This document shows positions 1-14,921 of a stretch of 64,000 nucleotides of DNA, piece by piece. This stretch comes from Eledone cirrhosa. Its lineage: Eukaryota. Positions within the stretch are counted from its first letter, which is position 1, and the number at the start of each line of letters is the position of its first letter. The stretch lies in assembly GCA_964016885.1 (NCBI GenBank), contig OZ024742.1:191084001-191148000 (forward strand), given 5' to 3'. The notes beneath the pieces were generated by a model. It ran no database searches. It was not told where the DNA came from and was given only the letters and a program-made list of their open reading frames with translations. A program made the translations under genes and the position numbers.

Positions 1-3000
1 GTTGGGAATGATGGTGATGCTAGTAGTGGTAATGGTTATAGTGTTGGGAATGATGGTGATGGTAGTAGAGGTAATGGTTATAGTGTTGGGAATTATGGTG
101 ATGGTAGTAGTGGTAATGGTTATAGTGTTGGAATGATGGTGATGGTAGTAGTGGTAATGGTTATAGTGTTGGGAATGATGGTGATGTAGTAGTGGTAATG
201 GTTATAGTGTTGGGAATGTGGTGATGGAGTAGAGATAATGGTTAGTGTTGGGAATGATGGTGATGGTAGTAGAGGTAATGGTTATAGTGTTGGGAATGAT
301 GGTGATGGTAGTAGAGGTAATTGTTATAGTGTTGGGATTGTGTGGTAGTAGTGGTAATGGTTATAGTGTTGGGATTGATGGTGATGGTAGTAGAGGTAAT
401 GGTTATAGTGTTGGGAATGATGGTGATGGTAGTGGAGGTAATGGTTATAGTGTTGGGAATGATGGTGATGATAGTAGTGGTAATGGTTATAGTGTTGGGA
501 ATGATGGTGATGGTAGTAGTGGTAATGGTTATAGTGTTGGGAATGATGGTGATGGTACTAGAGGTAATGGTTATAGTGTTGGTAATGATGGTGATGGTAG
601 TAGAGGTAATGGTTATAGTGTTGGGAATGATGGTGATGGTAGTAGAGATAATGGTTATAGTGTTGGGAATGATGGTGATGGTAGTAGAGGTAATGGTTAT
701 AGTGTTGGGATGATGGTGATGGACTAGAGGTAATGGTTATAGTGTTGGGAATGATGGTGATGGTAGTAGAGGTAATGGTTATAGTGTTGGGAATGATGGT
801 GATGGTAGTAGTGGTAATGGTTATAGTGTTGGGAATGATGGTGATGGTAGTAGTGGTAATGGTTATAGTGTTGGGAATGATGGTGATGGAAGTAGAGATA
901 ATGGTTAGTGTTGGGAATGATGGTGATGGTAGTAGAGGTAATGGTTATAGTGTGGGAATGATGGTGATGGTAGTAGAGGTAATTGTTATAGTGTTGGGAA
1001 TGATGGTGATGGTAGTAGAGGTAATGGTTATAGTGTTGGGAATGATGGTGATGGTAGTGGAGGTAATGGTTATAGTGTTGGGAATGATGGTGATGGTAGT
1101 AGTGGTAATGGTTATTAGTGTTGGGAATGATGGTGATGGTAGTAGTGGTAATGGTATAGTGTTGGGAATAATGGTGATGGTATAGAGGTATGGTTATAGT
1201 GTTGGGAATGATGGTGATGGTAGTAGAGGTAATGGTTATAGTGTTGGGAATGATGGTGATGGTAGTAGAGGTAATGGTTATAGTGTTGGGAATGATGTTG
1301 ATGGTAGTAGAGGTAATGGTTATAGTGTTGGGAATGATGGTGATGGTAGTAGAGGTAGTGGTTATAGTGTTGGGAATGATGGTGATGGTAGTAGAGATAA
1401 TGGTTATAGTGTTGGGAATGATGGTGATGGTAGTAGAGATAATGGTTATAGTGTTGGGAATGATGGTGATGGTAGTAGAGGTAATGGTTATAGTGTTGGT
1501 AATGATGGTGATGGTAGTAGAGGTAATGGTTATAGTGTTGGGAATGATGGTGATGGTAGTAGAGGTAATGGTTATAGTGTTGGGAATGATGGTGATGGTA
1601 GTAGAGGTAATGGTTATAGTGTTGGGAATGATGGTGATGGTAGTGGAGGTAATGGTTATAGTGTTGGAATGATGGTGATGGTAGTAGTGGTAATGGTTAT
1701 AGTGTTGGGAATGATGGTGATGGTAGTAGTGGTAATGGTTATAGTGTTGGGAATGATTGGTGATGGTACAAGAGGTAATGGTTATAGTGTTGGGAATGAT
1801 GGTGATGGTAGTAGAGGTAATGGTTATAGTGTTGGGAATGATGGTGATGGTAGTAGAGATAATGGTTAGTGTTGGGAATGATGGTGATGGGTAGTAGAGG
1901 TAATGGTTATAGTGTTGGTAATGATGGTGATGGTAGTAGAGGAAATGGTTATAGTGTTGGGAATGATGGTGATGGTAGTAGAGATAATGGTTAGTGTTGG
2001 GAATGATGGTGATGGTAGTAGAGGTAATGGTTATAGTGTTGGGAATGATGGTGATGGTAGTAGAGGTAATGGTTATAGTGTTGGGAATGATATAGTGTTG
2101 GGGAATGATGGTGATGGTAGTAGAGATAATGGTTAGTGTTGGGAATGATGGTGATGGTAGTAGAGGTAATGTTTATAGTGTTGGTAATGATGGTGATGGT
2201 AGTAGAGGTAAAGGGTATAGTGTTGGGGAATGATGGTGATGGTAGTAGAGATAATGGTTAGTGTTGGGAATGATGGTGATGGTAGTAGAGGTAATGGTTA
2301 TAGTGTTGGTAATGATGGTGATGGTAGTAGAGGTAATGGTTATAGTGTTGGGAATGATGGTGATGGTAGTAGAGATAATGGTTAGTGTTGGGAATGATTG
2401 TGATGGTAGTAGAGGTAATGGTTATAGTGTTGGAATGATGGTGATGGTAGTAGAGGTAATGTATATAGTGTTGGGAATGAGGTGATGGTAGAAGGGTAAT
2501 GGTTATAGTGTTGGAATGATGGTGATGGTAGTAGAGATAATTGTTATAGTGTTGGAATGATGGTGATGGTAGTAGAGGTAATGGTTATAGTGTTGGGAAT
2601 GATGGTGATGGTAGTAGAGATAATGGTTATAGTGTTGGGAATGATGGTGATGGTAGTAGAGGTAATGGTTATAGTGTTGGGAATGATGGTGATGGTAGTA
2701 GAGGTAATGGTTATAGTGTTGGGAATGATGGTGATGGTAGTGGAGGTAATGGTTATAGTGTTGGGAATGATGGTGATGGTAGTAGTGGTAATGGTTATAG
2801 TGTTGGGAATGATGGTGATGGTAGTAGTGGTAATGGTTATAGTGTTGGGAATGATGGTGATGGTAGTAGAGGTAATGGTTATAGCGTTGGGAATGATGGT
2901 GATGGTAGTAGAGGTAATGGTTATAGTGTTGGGAATGATGGTGATGGTAGTAGAGGTAATGGTTATAGTGTTGGGAATGATGGTGATGGTAGTAGAGGTA

Positions 3001-4035
3001 ATGGTTATAGTGTTGGGAATGATGGTGATGGTAGTAGAGGTAATGGTTATAGTGTTGGGAATGATGGTGATGGAAGTAGAGGTAATGGTTATAGTGTTGG
3101 GAATGATGGTGATGGAAGTAGAGGTAATGGTTATAGTGTTGGGAATGATGGTGATGGTAGTAGAGGTAATGGTTATAGTGTTGGGAATGATGGTGATGGT
3201 AGTAGAGGTAATGGTTATAGTATTGGTAATGATGGTGATGGTAGTAGAGGTAATGGTTATAGTGTTGGGAATGATGGTGATGGAAGTAGAGGTAATGGTT
3301 ATAGTGTTGGGAATGATGGTGATGGTAGTAGAGGTAATGGTTATAGTGTTGGGAATGATGGTGATGGAAGTAGAGGTAATGGTTATAGTGTTGGGAATGA
3401 TGGTGAAGGTAGTAGAGGTAATGGTTATAGTGTTGGGAATGATGGTGATGGTAGTAGAGGTAATGGTTATAGTGTTGGGAATGATGGTAGTGGAGATAAT
3501 GGTTATAGTGTTGGGAATGATGGTGAAGGTAGTAGTGGTAATGGTTAGTGTTGGGAATGATGGTGATGGTAGTAGAGGTAATGGTTATAGTGTTGGGAAT
3601 GATGGTGATGGTAGTGGAGATAATGGTTATAGTGTTGGTAATGATGGTGATGGTAGTAGTGGTAATGGTTATAGTGTTGGGAATGATGGTGATGGTAGTA
3701 GAGGTAATGGTTATAGTGTTGGGAATGATGGTGATGGTAGTAGAGGTAATGGTTATAGTGTTGGTAATGATGGTGATGGTAGTAGAGGTAATGGTTATAG
3801 TGTTGGGAATGATGGTGATGGTAGTGGAGATAATGGTTATAGTGTTGGTAATGATGGTGATGGTAGTAGTGGTAATGGTTATAGTGTTGGGAATGATGGT
3901 GATGGTAGTAGAGGTAATGGTTATAGTGTTGGGAATGATGGTGATGGTAGTAGAGGTAATGGTTATAGTGTTGGGAATGATGGTGATGGTAGTAGAGGTA
4001 ATGGTTATAGTGTTGGGAATGATGGTGATGGTAGG
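1..4035. repeat. 42-bp minisatellite (consensus GTTGGGAATGATGGTGATGGTAGTAGAGGTAATGGTTATAGT), roughly 95 copies, running off the left edge
   Basis: Unit read directly; the 14-aa periodic ORFs confirm the 42-nt period. A recurrent 2-nt deletion variant (GGTTAGT) occurs at about 241, 905, 1865, 1990, 2132, 3545. Confidence 0.97.
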
Positions 4036-4214
4036 GGCCATGATGGTTAGTGTTGCTAATGGTGGTGATGTTGGGAGCCATGATGGTTACAGTGTTGATG
4101 ACGGTGATGATGGTAGGAGCCATATTGGTTATAGTGTTGGTAATGGTAAGAGAGGTAATGGTTATAATGTTGGTGATGGTGATGGTAGGAGGAACTGTGA
4201 AGGTTACAGTGCTA

Positions 4215-4246
<32 letters not shown>

Positions 4247-4560
4247 TACGATCATCAATGCGAAGATAAAATTGTAGCGTGACGGTGGTGGCGGGGATTG
4301 TTGTGTCTGATGAATTGGTCGTATGAGGGTAGATAGTGACGGTGAAGGTAGCGTTGCTGACGATGTTAGTGTTAATGATTGTAAAGTTGGCAGTGGGAGG
4401 TATGATGGTGATGATTGATGGTGGTTTGAGTGATGTTGGCAGTGGGAGTAGTGATGATAGTGTAGTGGTAGTGATGAATAGTGATGTGGGTAGTGGTAAG
4501 GAGGATATTACTACACGTCGTAGTAATGATGGAGATGCTGCTGAAGATGGTGCATTAAAC
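4036..4560. repeat. Degenerate edge of the 42-bp array grading into GAT/GGT low-complexity sequence, with (GAT)n at about 4215-4244
   Basis: Monomer-like words (GATGGTTACAGTGTTG, GGTTATAGTGTTGGTAATGG) with increasing divergence rightwards. Confidence 0.8.
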
Positions 4561-5347
4561 AATGGTTTTGTTTGTGTTCAATCATGAAAATGAGATGGGG
4601 ATAACATTGAAATGCTTTCTTCTTTAGTTATTTGTTGGTTAGCATATTTCATGATGTCAGGTGAAGTGGCGGTGGGTAGTTCTTTGTATATATGATTAAG
4701 ATATGGGGTATGGGTGAGGATGGTCTATATAAAGAGATGTTGGCATTAGTTGAATAAAGTTAAAGTTTAGTGTCAGTGATGGGAAAACAATTATCTTCCA
4801 CTTAAGATTATAATCCTTTTTAGCTATGATTAACTATCTTCTTTCTTATTGATCAGCATGGAATTTTTTGCTTTTGTTATTTGTTTCTCTATAAGAGTGT
4901 TTCTTGTTTCTTTTGATTGAGGCTTAGTTTTATTTATATATTTTAACCTTTCTTTTGTATATTTAATATTCGATACTGTATATTTTGTTTTATTTTTTAA
5001 TATAAGGATCAACATGACGTGTACCTGTTGTGTATTGAAATGTTTATTTCTACTATTATAGTCTTGACTGTTTTTTCTCCTTAATATGAATAATGAATAA
5101 ATAAACCATGACAGTGTATGCGTCATGAATAAGGGAAGGGGATTTTGAGGAACTCGGAAGCCTGATGTTATAAATAAACATGCGTAGATTTATCTTCAAA
5201 TATTTAGCAATTAAGCTGCACAACCTTTCTGTATATCTTATGAAAATATTAGCAATTACATCCTGGAGGGAGTCATTTTAGCCATTCAAAAAGAGATAGA
5301 TAGAGAAAGAGAGAAAGAAAGAAATCAAGAAAGAAAGAAAGAAAGAA

Positions 5348-5479
<132 letters not shown>

Positions 5480-7471
5480 AGAGAGAGAGTATTCAGTCCA
5501 CTTTATACTCATCATTTATTTCCTGGCCTCCTAACTGTGGCTGCATTGCTGGTGACCAGGGTACTACATGACAATACTTCTGAAGTGCTAAAATGCTTCC
5601 CCCACGATGTAACTGTTTGTGTTTCAACACATGTTGTCAGATCAAGGCAATAGACCGAAAGTAAAACTCCAATATTGCGAACAAACAATATATACGTACT
5701 ATTTTTTTCAGGTGCAGAACAGGTCTCATATTTTTCTAAAGCCAAAACAGAGAGTATGCATTTTTTATTCTCTTCAAAGTATTTGCAAACTACCCACTCT
5801 CAATTCCTTCCAAGTCATTTTAGGTCCGTGTTATTCAGAATTTAGATCTACAAAATGTCTTTCAGTGACTTTCTTATCATGTCAGATGTAATTGGGTCGT
5901 TATCAGAATAGTGTTGTCACAAGAAGTCTATAGCGTTCGAAGGTCAACTGTCACCTATATTGGGCCAAGTTTCTGTGATTGTCACAACGCTAATCGTGTG
6001 CACGTATCAGAAAGGCGTGTCACAGGATGTCTCACTAGCGTTCCCAAACCAAGCGACACCGATACTGGCCACAGTTGACGTGTCGAAGAATATTTTCATT
6101 ACTCATTAAGGGTTTTATAATCACTTGCAATTCTTTACATCTATGTAACCTGTGACAGTACATTTAATGCTGCTAGCTTCCATGACTGTTTTAATTTATC
6201 ACGTTTCAACCGCATAATGTAGCACCAAAAGGACTAATAGATAAGTACAAAAATAAGCAGATTGAGATATGTACTTGTCTTTTCAGGCAGGATAGGTGGC
6301 ACATTATATTACACCAAGTCAGATTTAACCTCACGCTGTTTTGGAATCAATAGATATATAGTCTCCTACTACATCTGGACTGCCACTACTAGGATGAAAG
6401 ACATAAGTCGTTGTAACATTGATGGAAATGGCGTTAGTATTTCATGATGAAATTTGAGACATTTATCTTTATATGCTATCGTCCAGAGTCTGGATCAAGA
6501 AGTAATCATTGTTTCTACTTTTGGCACAAAGCCAGGAATAACTCAGTGCATTACTGGTACTTTTAGGTGGTGATCAATTACAGTTGTCGTTCTACGGAAC
6601 AGATTTGAATGTTTTATGGATTGCTTAACTACTGTGCACAGCCAAATGGCTAGACTGAGAGGTTCACCAATTATAAATTCGTGGGTTTGATACCAAGATG
6701 ATATAACACACTGTGTTCTTAAGCAAAATACTTCACTTCATTTCAAATTGTTCCAGCGCACTTTGGCCTAAAAGTCAGTAGCAGTGGAATCTGTGGGCTT
6801 ATCTCAGTAACGACTGGTCTTTTGTAAATTCAGTCACTTATCACCCATGAAATAGAGAGAACGTTCCAGTTTCGTCTAAACCATGCACACACATGTAGAG
6901 GGAAGACAACAATTCAAGTGGCTTTGTACACATATACGTATCACCCACATTAATACATACAAATAAGCCTGTATATTTCACTCTATTTTACCTTTTTCGT
7001 CTATTTCACCTTTTTTCTGTTCCAACATATCCCCTCTTCTACTTTCATGCATTTTTGAAGAACGTCTAACGTTCGATACGTTGAGGATATATTTATATTA
7101 TCCTTCTTCAGTTGTTACCGTTTGCACAACGTGTCTACACCGTATTCTGTGCTTATCGAAAGATACTCACTTATCACCCGTCTCTATATTGATGTGCTAT
7201 CTCATATATCTTATATGAAACTGTCAGGAGGCATGCTCTAAGCCGGTGAGAAAACTGTACAAAATACCACGCAATAGCACCATTATGCACGAAAGAGTAC
7301 AATGCGTCACCTAGTTTGTAAATACAAACCCTATTAGACAAATAATAATATCGATGAAATTATTTTATAGATAAACTATCGACCCCAGTATTAATTTTTC
7401 AGGCTTATCTATTCTTTCATGGCATCAGTCTCTCCAGTGTCATTTGAGTGAGATTTAGTGGAGGGAAACAC

Positions 7472-7539
<68 letters not shown>

Positions 7540-7551
7540 CATATATATATA

Positions 7552-7853
7552 CGTAGGTCCCGGGTTGAGTCGGGGATAACCACAGTAAGTAAGGTACTCA
7601 ATACATGGCAGAGTAAAATATATTTATTGTATAGAAGGAGCTTCTACAGGACTAGTACTGTTTCATTCAGATGAAATCTTCAGGAAGCTGGGTGTCATAT
7701 TAAGTTCTGGTATTTCCCCAGCCACCACCCCTCCCTTACCACTACCTAAATGTATAAATACCAGAACTTAATATGACACCCAGCTTCCTGAAGATTTCAT
7801 CTGAATGAAACAGTACTGGTCCTGTAGAAGCTCCTTCTATACAATAAATATAT
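7552..7853. mobile_element. (TA)n-embedded fold-back element (PLE pseudo-LTR-like end) with HHR-like core
   Basis: Inverted arms about 7618-7715 and 7756-7853. The + arm has CTGAAGA-t-TTCA-tc-TGAA-t-GAAAC...GTC (7788-7821). The same family recurs at 46262-46430. Confidence 0.75.
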
Positions 7854-8414
7854 ATATATATATATATATGTCTGTATGTGTGTATGTGTGTGTGTGTGTG
7901 TGTAAATACAGTGTTTACCTACACTAAATCTCACTCAAAAGACATTGGTCAGCCTAGTGACATGGAATAAAAAACATTTGACAGATGATACAACGCAATA
8001 TTTCTAAAACTGAAACTACGTTTGCCTCACCGAAATCTTTAACCCTCATGGCTATGTTAACATCAATATTAAAATTTCCATAAAATACCAGAAAAAAACA
8101 AAACAAAGGTTCTGATGATTGTAGCTAAATATAATCAGAGTTCATTAACTACATCGGTTTCAAGTTATTACACCACACTCAGGAATTCCAACCCAGTCCA
8201 TCGAAAAATCATACTACGCTGATAAGGAGATAGTTCAATAGCTAAATTGAATAAAAGTCGATATTTAAAAATCGATTATATTTTGCAATGCTCTTAATTA
8301 CAACTAACATACTTCAATGTTTAATCATGTCCTACACCACTCCAAGTCATTTGGAATTAAGTCTGGCGTAAATTAGGACATTGTATGCATATATACACAC
8401 TCATACACACACAC

Positions 8415-8416
<2 letters not shown>

Positions 8417-8445
<29 letters not shown>

Positions 8446-8499
8446 TGTATGTATGTATGTATGTATGTATGTATGTATGTATGTATGTATGTATGTATG

Positions 8500-8542
<43 letters not shown>
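8417..8542. repeat. (ATGT)n followed by (TA)n microsatellite
   Basis: Direct reading. Confidence 0.97.
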
Positions 8543-8545
<3 letters not shown>

Positions 8546-9279
8546 TATATGTATGCATATATATTTTTATATATGTATGTATCTATATAAATTATATATA
8601 TAGATATATGTGTGTGTGTGTGTCTCTCTACATTCACACACTCGATGTCAAGTGACATGGCTTCTCCACTCCTTCATTGCGCAATTGTAGTTAATTTAAT
8701 ATAGCCTCAACATGGCATCTAACTTGACTGAACTTTCAATGGGTTTCTCCAAACTATACTAATACGTCAAGAAGTTCAGAATATGACTCCTCCTTACCTA
8801 CTAATAATTACCGATCGTTTAAGAGACTAATCATACTTGTTTTCTTAGAAGATCATTACTCAGACATTATCGATTACAATGCAAAGAAACATTAGACTGG
8901 TTATAAATGTCTCCACTTCGATTAGCATTGATATTCAATTTCCAGTACTTTATACAATTCGATTAAAAGCTAAAATCTATATAAAGAAAGCAAAAACATG
9001 TTCATATTATTCGCTTATTCTTTTGGCATTATAAATGATATCTTCTATTCTCTTAATATTGGACATGTTTCAGTCATTAGTCTATGGTCATGCTGGGGCT
9101 GCGTCTTGTTTTCCTCGATCATTCCGGCCCCATCATTTATTTATTTTTATATCTCTGGTACTAATTTTATCGATTCCGTTACTGTTGACCCGTCAGTTTA
9201 CGAGACACAAACATAGACAGACACAAACCTAGTTACAGTCAATGATGCATACAAATATTTCGAAGGTCACACTGAATCA

Positions 9280-9575
9280 CGAATGGCCATGGTTTTGCAA
9301 CTAGAAAGTTTCCCTCCAAGGCACAAGCCTGGCAAGGTTTGTTTTGTGGAAGACCATTAGTCACTCAGGCATACCAGTCTCCCCTCTCCAAGACACCGAT
9401 ATCCAAGGGAAAGGCAATGGCCGATACAGCTTGGCACCAGCTTGGTGACAGCTGAGTAAACTAGAGCAACGTGAAATAATGTGTCTTGCTCAAGGACATA
9501 ACGCATCACCCGGTCAGAGAATCGAACTCACAACTTCTCAATTGCAAGCCCAATGCTGTAACCACTAATCCATGC
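9280..9575 (-). mobile_element. Degenerate tRNA-derived SINE with conserved core and RTE-like tail
   Basis: Reverse strand shows a B-box-like GAGTTCGATTC, a core TGTCCTTGAGCAAGACAC and TGGTGCCAAGCTGTATCGGCC, which resembles RTE 5'UTR-derived segments (recalled similarity). Confidence 0.55.
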
Positions 9576-10163
9576 AACTTCACACATACAAATATAGACG
9601 ACGTGCTTCTGCCTACAGTTTTCTCTTACCAGATAACATTGACAACCCGAGATTATAGTAAAAGTACTTGCTCAACGTGCCGAGAAGAGAGCCTGAAGAC
9701 AGAACCACATCTTTTCCCAACAAACTTCCAAACCACATACATGCCTTATATGTAAAATGAATAATACATTCTGTAATAGTTTTATCGATCCATGTAACAC
9801 CAAGACAGCAATGGACATGACTCGAATATCGAACTCATTTTGTGGAAGTTATTGAAGCAGTTGTATATTTTTCATTCTTTCTCTCATTAGAAAACATTAT
9901 TTATTTCTCATGAATATTTATATTCTTTTTTACTTCCATTTGTCTACTTTAGGAATCTGAAAATAACCCGAGCTATGAAGCCTTTTCATGAAAGTTGAAT
10001 ATATATGGCTGAATGTTTATGTGGCTGGTTGTATTACTACATATCAATCTATCTCCAATCACTCCCCCTCTCTCTCTAGACACACACACATACAGACACA
10101 GACACAGACACAGACACATACACCCCCCCCCACACACACATATATATATATACACATATACAT

Positions 10164-10262
<99 letters not shown>

Positions 10263-10442
10263 GAGAGTGATAGACATGAAGCCTATGAAGTCGAATAAAT
10301 ATGGCTGTTTCTTCATGTGGCTGGTTGTATTACTACACGTCTATCTATCACTCTCCACTCTCTCTCTTTCCCTCTCTCTCATATATATGTATGTAGTACT
10401 CATCATCATCACCATCATCACCAGATACATACACACACACAC

Positions 10443-10504
<62 letters not shown>

Positions 10505-10574
10505 CTGGTGAAGATGATGATGATGAGTACTTCATCTTGTCAGATAATAGCCGTTTCAACATCATTTGAATCTA

Positions 10575-12385
10575 GCAACTGATTTACAATGTCGTTGGCA
10601 CAAGTGTATCAATGTATGCTCTCGGTTCATGTTGATGAACATTCATCAGGCGTTTTAGCCTGGAGGTTTTCTCATATATATTGCTTCGAATTTGACAACG
10701 AGTCATATCTGCAGGTGCAGAATCATTCAGAACATAATCTGCCAGTGTCATTGTCCGCCGTCTACGCGTTTTTATATGGTTTACATCACCGCCTTTATAG
10801 AGAAGGACACAGTGACAGAAACAACAATCCAATTACTATCATTTTCATTTAAGCCTTCATGCAGTTGTTGGGGATCTGCGAAAATGTCTGTGGATAGCCT
10901 AATTGACTATCAATGATCCGCAAGGTATCTCTGTTAATTGTATCAAAAGCCTAATCATGTCGACAAAGATATGTACTATCTATGCATTCTTCCTGCAGCA
11001 GTCTAGCTGAGACGATCATATCTACTGTAATCCTTTCTCCTCTGTATAGTCGATGATATGTTAACTCTCCCAGCTTTCGATAATACGACTGAAATCCCAT
11101 CTAACCCTGGTGACTTGCCTGAATTTACCTATCCGGTTGCCTCTCTAATTTCTTCAGTAATCAGTTCAGTGGATTGTCCATTGATTATATCATATCATGG
11201 TGAGGCAGACTCTCTATAACATCAAAGTTGACAATAGACGGATTGGAAAAAAGTTCAGAGAAATGCTCTTTTCATCTTTTTATAATGTTCTCTGGATCTT
11301 CATAGATAACTAGACCCCTTTTCGATTGCACAGGGACACGGGAAGATCCATTGAGGACCAAATGAATTCCGTAATAAAGCATACTATTAAAAGCAGATTG
11401 CACCTCTTGATATAACTTTGACCACCAATCATTTTTACCCTTCTCACTTCACACTTTAATGCAACTTTGTATTCTTTTATATCTCCTCAGTAGCAGGTTG
11501 GGTGAAGGGCTTCTCACTCGGGATCTTTTCATAGAATGTCTGTTTTCTTTTCAGTTGTTGATAATACGATCGTTATTATCAAACTATTCTATGTTTTTTC
11601 ACACTATAACTAAGTACATCTGCTCCTGTGGTATAAATTTGGTCTTTAAACTTTTCTCACGTTCCATCCAATTCTAGGCCTATCAAGTCATTCAGATAAG
11701 GTTGGACAAATACCAGTCTGTGTCAGTCTACTAACATCAATAAGATTCGGAATCTTGACCGCAGACATACAGACCTTACAGATATGAAATTTAAATGTTC
11801 CACGCACCAGACAGCTTGTAACCATTCAGGAATATGCATCACACTTACATTACACAGATCAGTATGATCACGTTTACGGATAATGATAAAATCAATTATG
11901 TGCCCAGGCTTTGATCTCAAATGTGTCCAAGTAATGTTGTAATTATGTTTGTTAGGAAAATTGTGGAAATCGTCAAATTCAAATTTGAGTGAAGTTCAAG
12001 TATCTTCAGACACTTTTCATTCACATTACCAATGCCATGCAGACCAAGATTAGTCTTGCCGACACGTGTGTTGAAGTCAACAAGAAGTATTAGTTTGACA
12101 CCATTCGACACTATGAAGGCTTTCATTGGCTTGGTTTATTGGAACTTAAACAGCAAATATAGTCGCAAAATGTCCACACAAGAGTGGAATACGTAGTTAC
12201 ATTATGCGATCAGTAATGCGAGACAGGTACTGTAAATGTTTTGCCGATGTTATTCTGATAGGAAAACCAACCCCACCTTCTCGATACACACATTTAGGTT
12301 TACCAAGCCAGAAACGAGTATATCCTGATCATACTTCAGTCAACTGATCTTCACGTGACATATAGGTTTCTGAGAGAGCTTCAGA
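10575..12385 (-). mobile_element. Decayed RTE-clade LINE fragment (AP endonuclease to start of RT)
   Basis: Minus-strand peptides ILLVDFNTRVG...GIGNVNE, RSKPGHIIDFII (APE motifs) and GKSPG near 11107-11127; many stops and frameshifts. Confidence 0.8.
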
Positions 12386-12550
12386 TGGTCTGAGGCCATG
12401 CTTTGCAGCAAAGAGTTACGGCCCTTTATGGTTTGATTTCAAATCCCGCCGAGGTTAACTTTGCCTTTCATCCTTACGGGGTCGATAAAATAAAGTACCA
12501 GTAATACACTGAGATAATTGCTGGCCTTGTGCCAAAAGTAGAAACAATTA
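12385..12550 (+). mobile_element. tRNA-derived SINE with Nin/Deu-like core (octopus-type), 5'-truncated
   Basis: TTCAAATCCCGCCGAGG, TTTGCCTTTCATCCTTACGGGGTCGATAAAATAAAGTACCAG, tail GTAGAAACAATTA; matches copies at 45009 and 56107. Confidence 0.88.
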
Positions 12551-13287
12551 TCTATATGCAGTCTTTGAAGTTCCCTATTTACATGTGAAATCCTTTTTTT
12601 TTTCGTCGATTTGATAAATTCTGATCCCAAAGTGTTCTCACATTTCAACCATAAGAGTTTAACTTAACTCGCCCTTTTACATTTAATTTAGCATCTTTAT
12701 AATCTTTTCTGCTCCTACTGATAAGAGCAACTGTTTTTAAAATTCAGAAATCGCTCACCGCTTCCATTGTTTATGTATATTTAAATATATGTCTCTTTGA
12801 TAGAGCCGGAAATAGGAACTGAGTGGTCAGCCGCCACTTTTGTGTAACGGTAGCACATTCACTGAGATATATATGGTGTCACTTCGAGTCCCATGAATGG
12901 TGTAGAAGACTGTCTCCATATCGTAGGACCTATACGCCCTACTTGATACATTATTATGTTTCATACTAAAAAATACCTGTGTTGTGGCCATTAACTTTAC
13001 TATCAGTTATCTTAATGTACAATAAATTGAATGAATGCACTAGATATTGCGGCCTTTTAAATATATATTCTAATATATAATTGTTCTGTCTGAACAGACA
13101 CGTATTCCTCTCCCAATGTTTTATCCCGTCTCTTCTTTGTCTTGCGCTTCTATATTTTTCGATTTTTTCTTTTATTTCTCAGTTAAAAGTATTTCCTATT
13201 ACATCGATCATTAAAATTATATATGTCTTCCTTGAAATGTATTGTTTTTTTTTTTGTTGTTCTCTGTTCTCGTTTCATGAATATGTG

Positions 13288-13340
<53 letters not shown>

Positions 13341-13536
13341 TTATATGTGTGTGTGTGTGTGTGTGTTGGTGTGTACATATTCTGATGAGGGACCAATTAA
13401 GTAAAAACGTCGTTGTTATCATTTTCGAACTGATAAGGAAATAATTCGTATTTGGCATGTCTAAACGGCCACACATTAAATATGTGTATATTTATATTCA
13501 GTGTTGCAGTGCCAGTTATGTAATGAGATATAACTT

Positions 13537-13620
<84 letters not shown>

Positions 13621-13622
<2 letters not shown>

Positions 13623-13811
13623 AACAAGTAAGACCCCGACGGCTGAGCTCAAGCCGTTTTGATGGCTAATTCTGAGTCCAGAATTAGCCGTCGAAACGGA
13701 TTGAGCTCAGCCGTCGGGGTCTTACTTGTTCCTATTACCCACTCTACTACCCTAAGTATTGAGTACTTTGGTGCGTTATGGTCCACCTGGTTCCTTACCA
13801 CATTTCCTTCG

Positions 13812-13812
<1 letters not shown>
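13621..13812 (+). mobile_element. (TA)n-embedded fold-back element
   Basis: 54-bp inverted arms 13621-13674 and 13679-13732, then an unpaired tail to (TA)n. Other copies at 16862-16997 (-), 17111-17152 and 45722-45860. Confidence 0.8.
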
Positions 13813-13862
<50 letters not shown>

Positions 13863-13917
13863 GGGGGTGCGCGCATCTGTGTATGTTTGCTTGTGTGTCT
13901 GTGTGTGTGTGTGTGGA

Positions 13918-13958
<41 letters not shown>

Positions 13959-14511
13959 GGGGAGAGAGAGAGAGAGAGAGAGAGTGTCTAAAGAAGACGT
14001 ATATAAGAGAAGAGAATTTGATTTAACAAAATTAATTTGTCATGAGATTTCCAAACACATAATAAACCAAAATATACATTATGTAGTAGACGTACAATTT
14101 GAAATGTTTAACTACAAATGAGATAAGTATATGCACTAATAGAGGAATATAATGGCTGTAAAACATGGACATTTTGTTTCAGTCATGGTCATTGAACAGC
14201 CATGACCGCGACGATTTTCAGTGTTGTTAAGACGGGTGGAAGCAAGTTTATCACTAAGACATGACGTTATATACATGTTTACAACAGCGTGGCCCCCATG
14301 AAAAAGACTATATGTAACGTACCAAAGATTCTCAAGATTGTTAACTTCATTTAGCAGCGACACGATGTGAAAATTTTGGAGTCACAGCCACTCTACAGCT
14401 CAGAAAAAACATTTTCCCACTATACATAACTATTGACTGTTCATTCAGTTAATGTTAAAATGTTCTTAGAATGATATTCCAAACATCCACTGAAATATAT
14501 ATATATATAAT

Positions 14512-14683
14512 ATATTTAATACAATAACAGAGATAGCTTTAAGCTAAACTCCGACTGGTAACCATCTCACTCAACAAACATTAGGTTATACGTTAGTATA
14601 AACCCAATTTAAGTGTTTGGGGTGCTAACTATATGTATTTTGTGGAAAGCCAGTTGTATTATTTTATATGAGATATAATTAAA
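14512..14683. repeat. Solo copy of the 218-bp repeat found twice at 46485 and 47219
   Basis: Shared ATTTAATAC...AACAGAGA.AGCTTTAAGCTA...CCATCTCACTCAACAAACATTAGG...TTATATGAGA; TA-rich left flank and (TA)n on the right. Confidence 0.8.
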
Positions 14684-14685
14684 GT

Positions 14686-14807
<122 letters not shown>

Positions 14808-14858
14808 ATGTAACGTTAAAATTTTTTTGTGTGAATCAATGTGCAAATAACTAAACAA

Positions 14859-14921
<63 letters not shown>

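Noticed and set aside
245-4282. Long ORFs (up to 512 aa) on both strands
   Set aside because: A consequence of a 42-bp unit lacking stops in several frames; frames switch at recurrent indels.
5512-5760. Possible host exon (minus-strand ORF, splice-like sites near 5695-5737)
   Set aside because: No recognisable protein similarity, and splice-like motifs occur on both strands.
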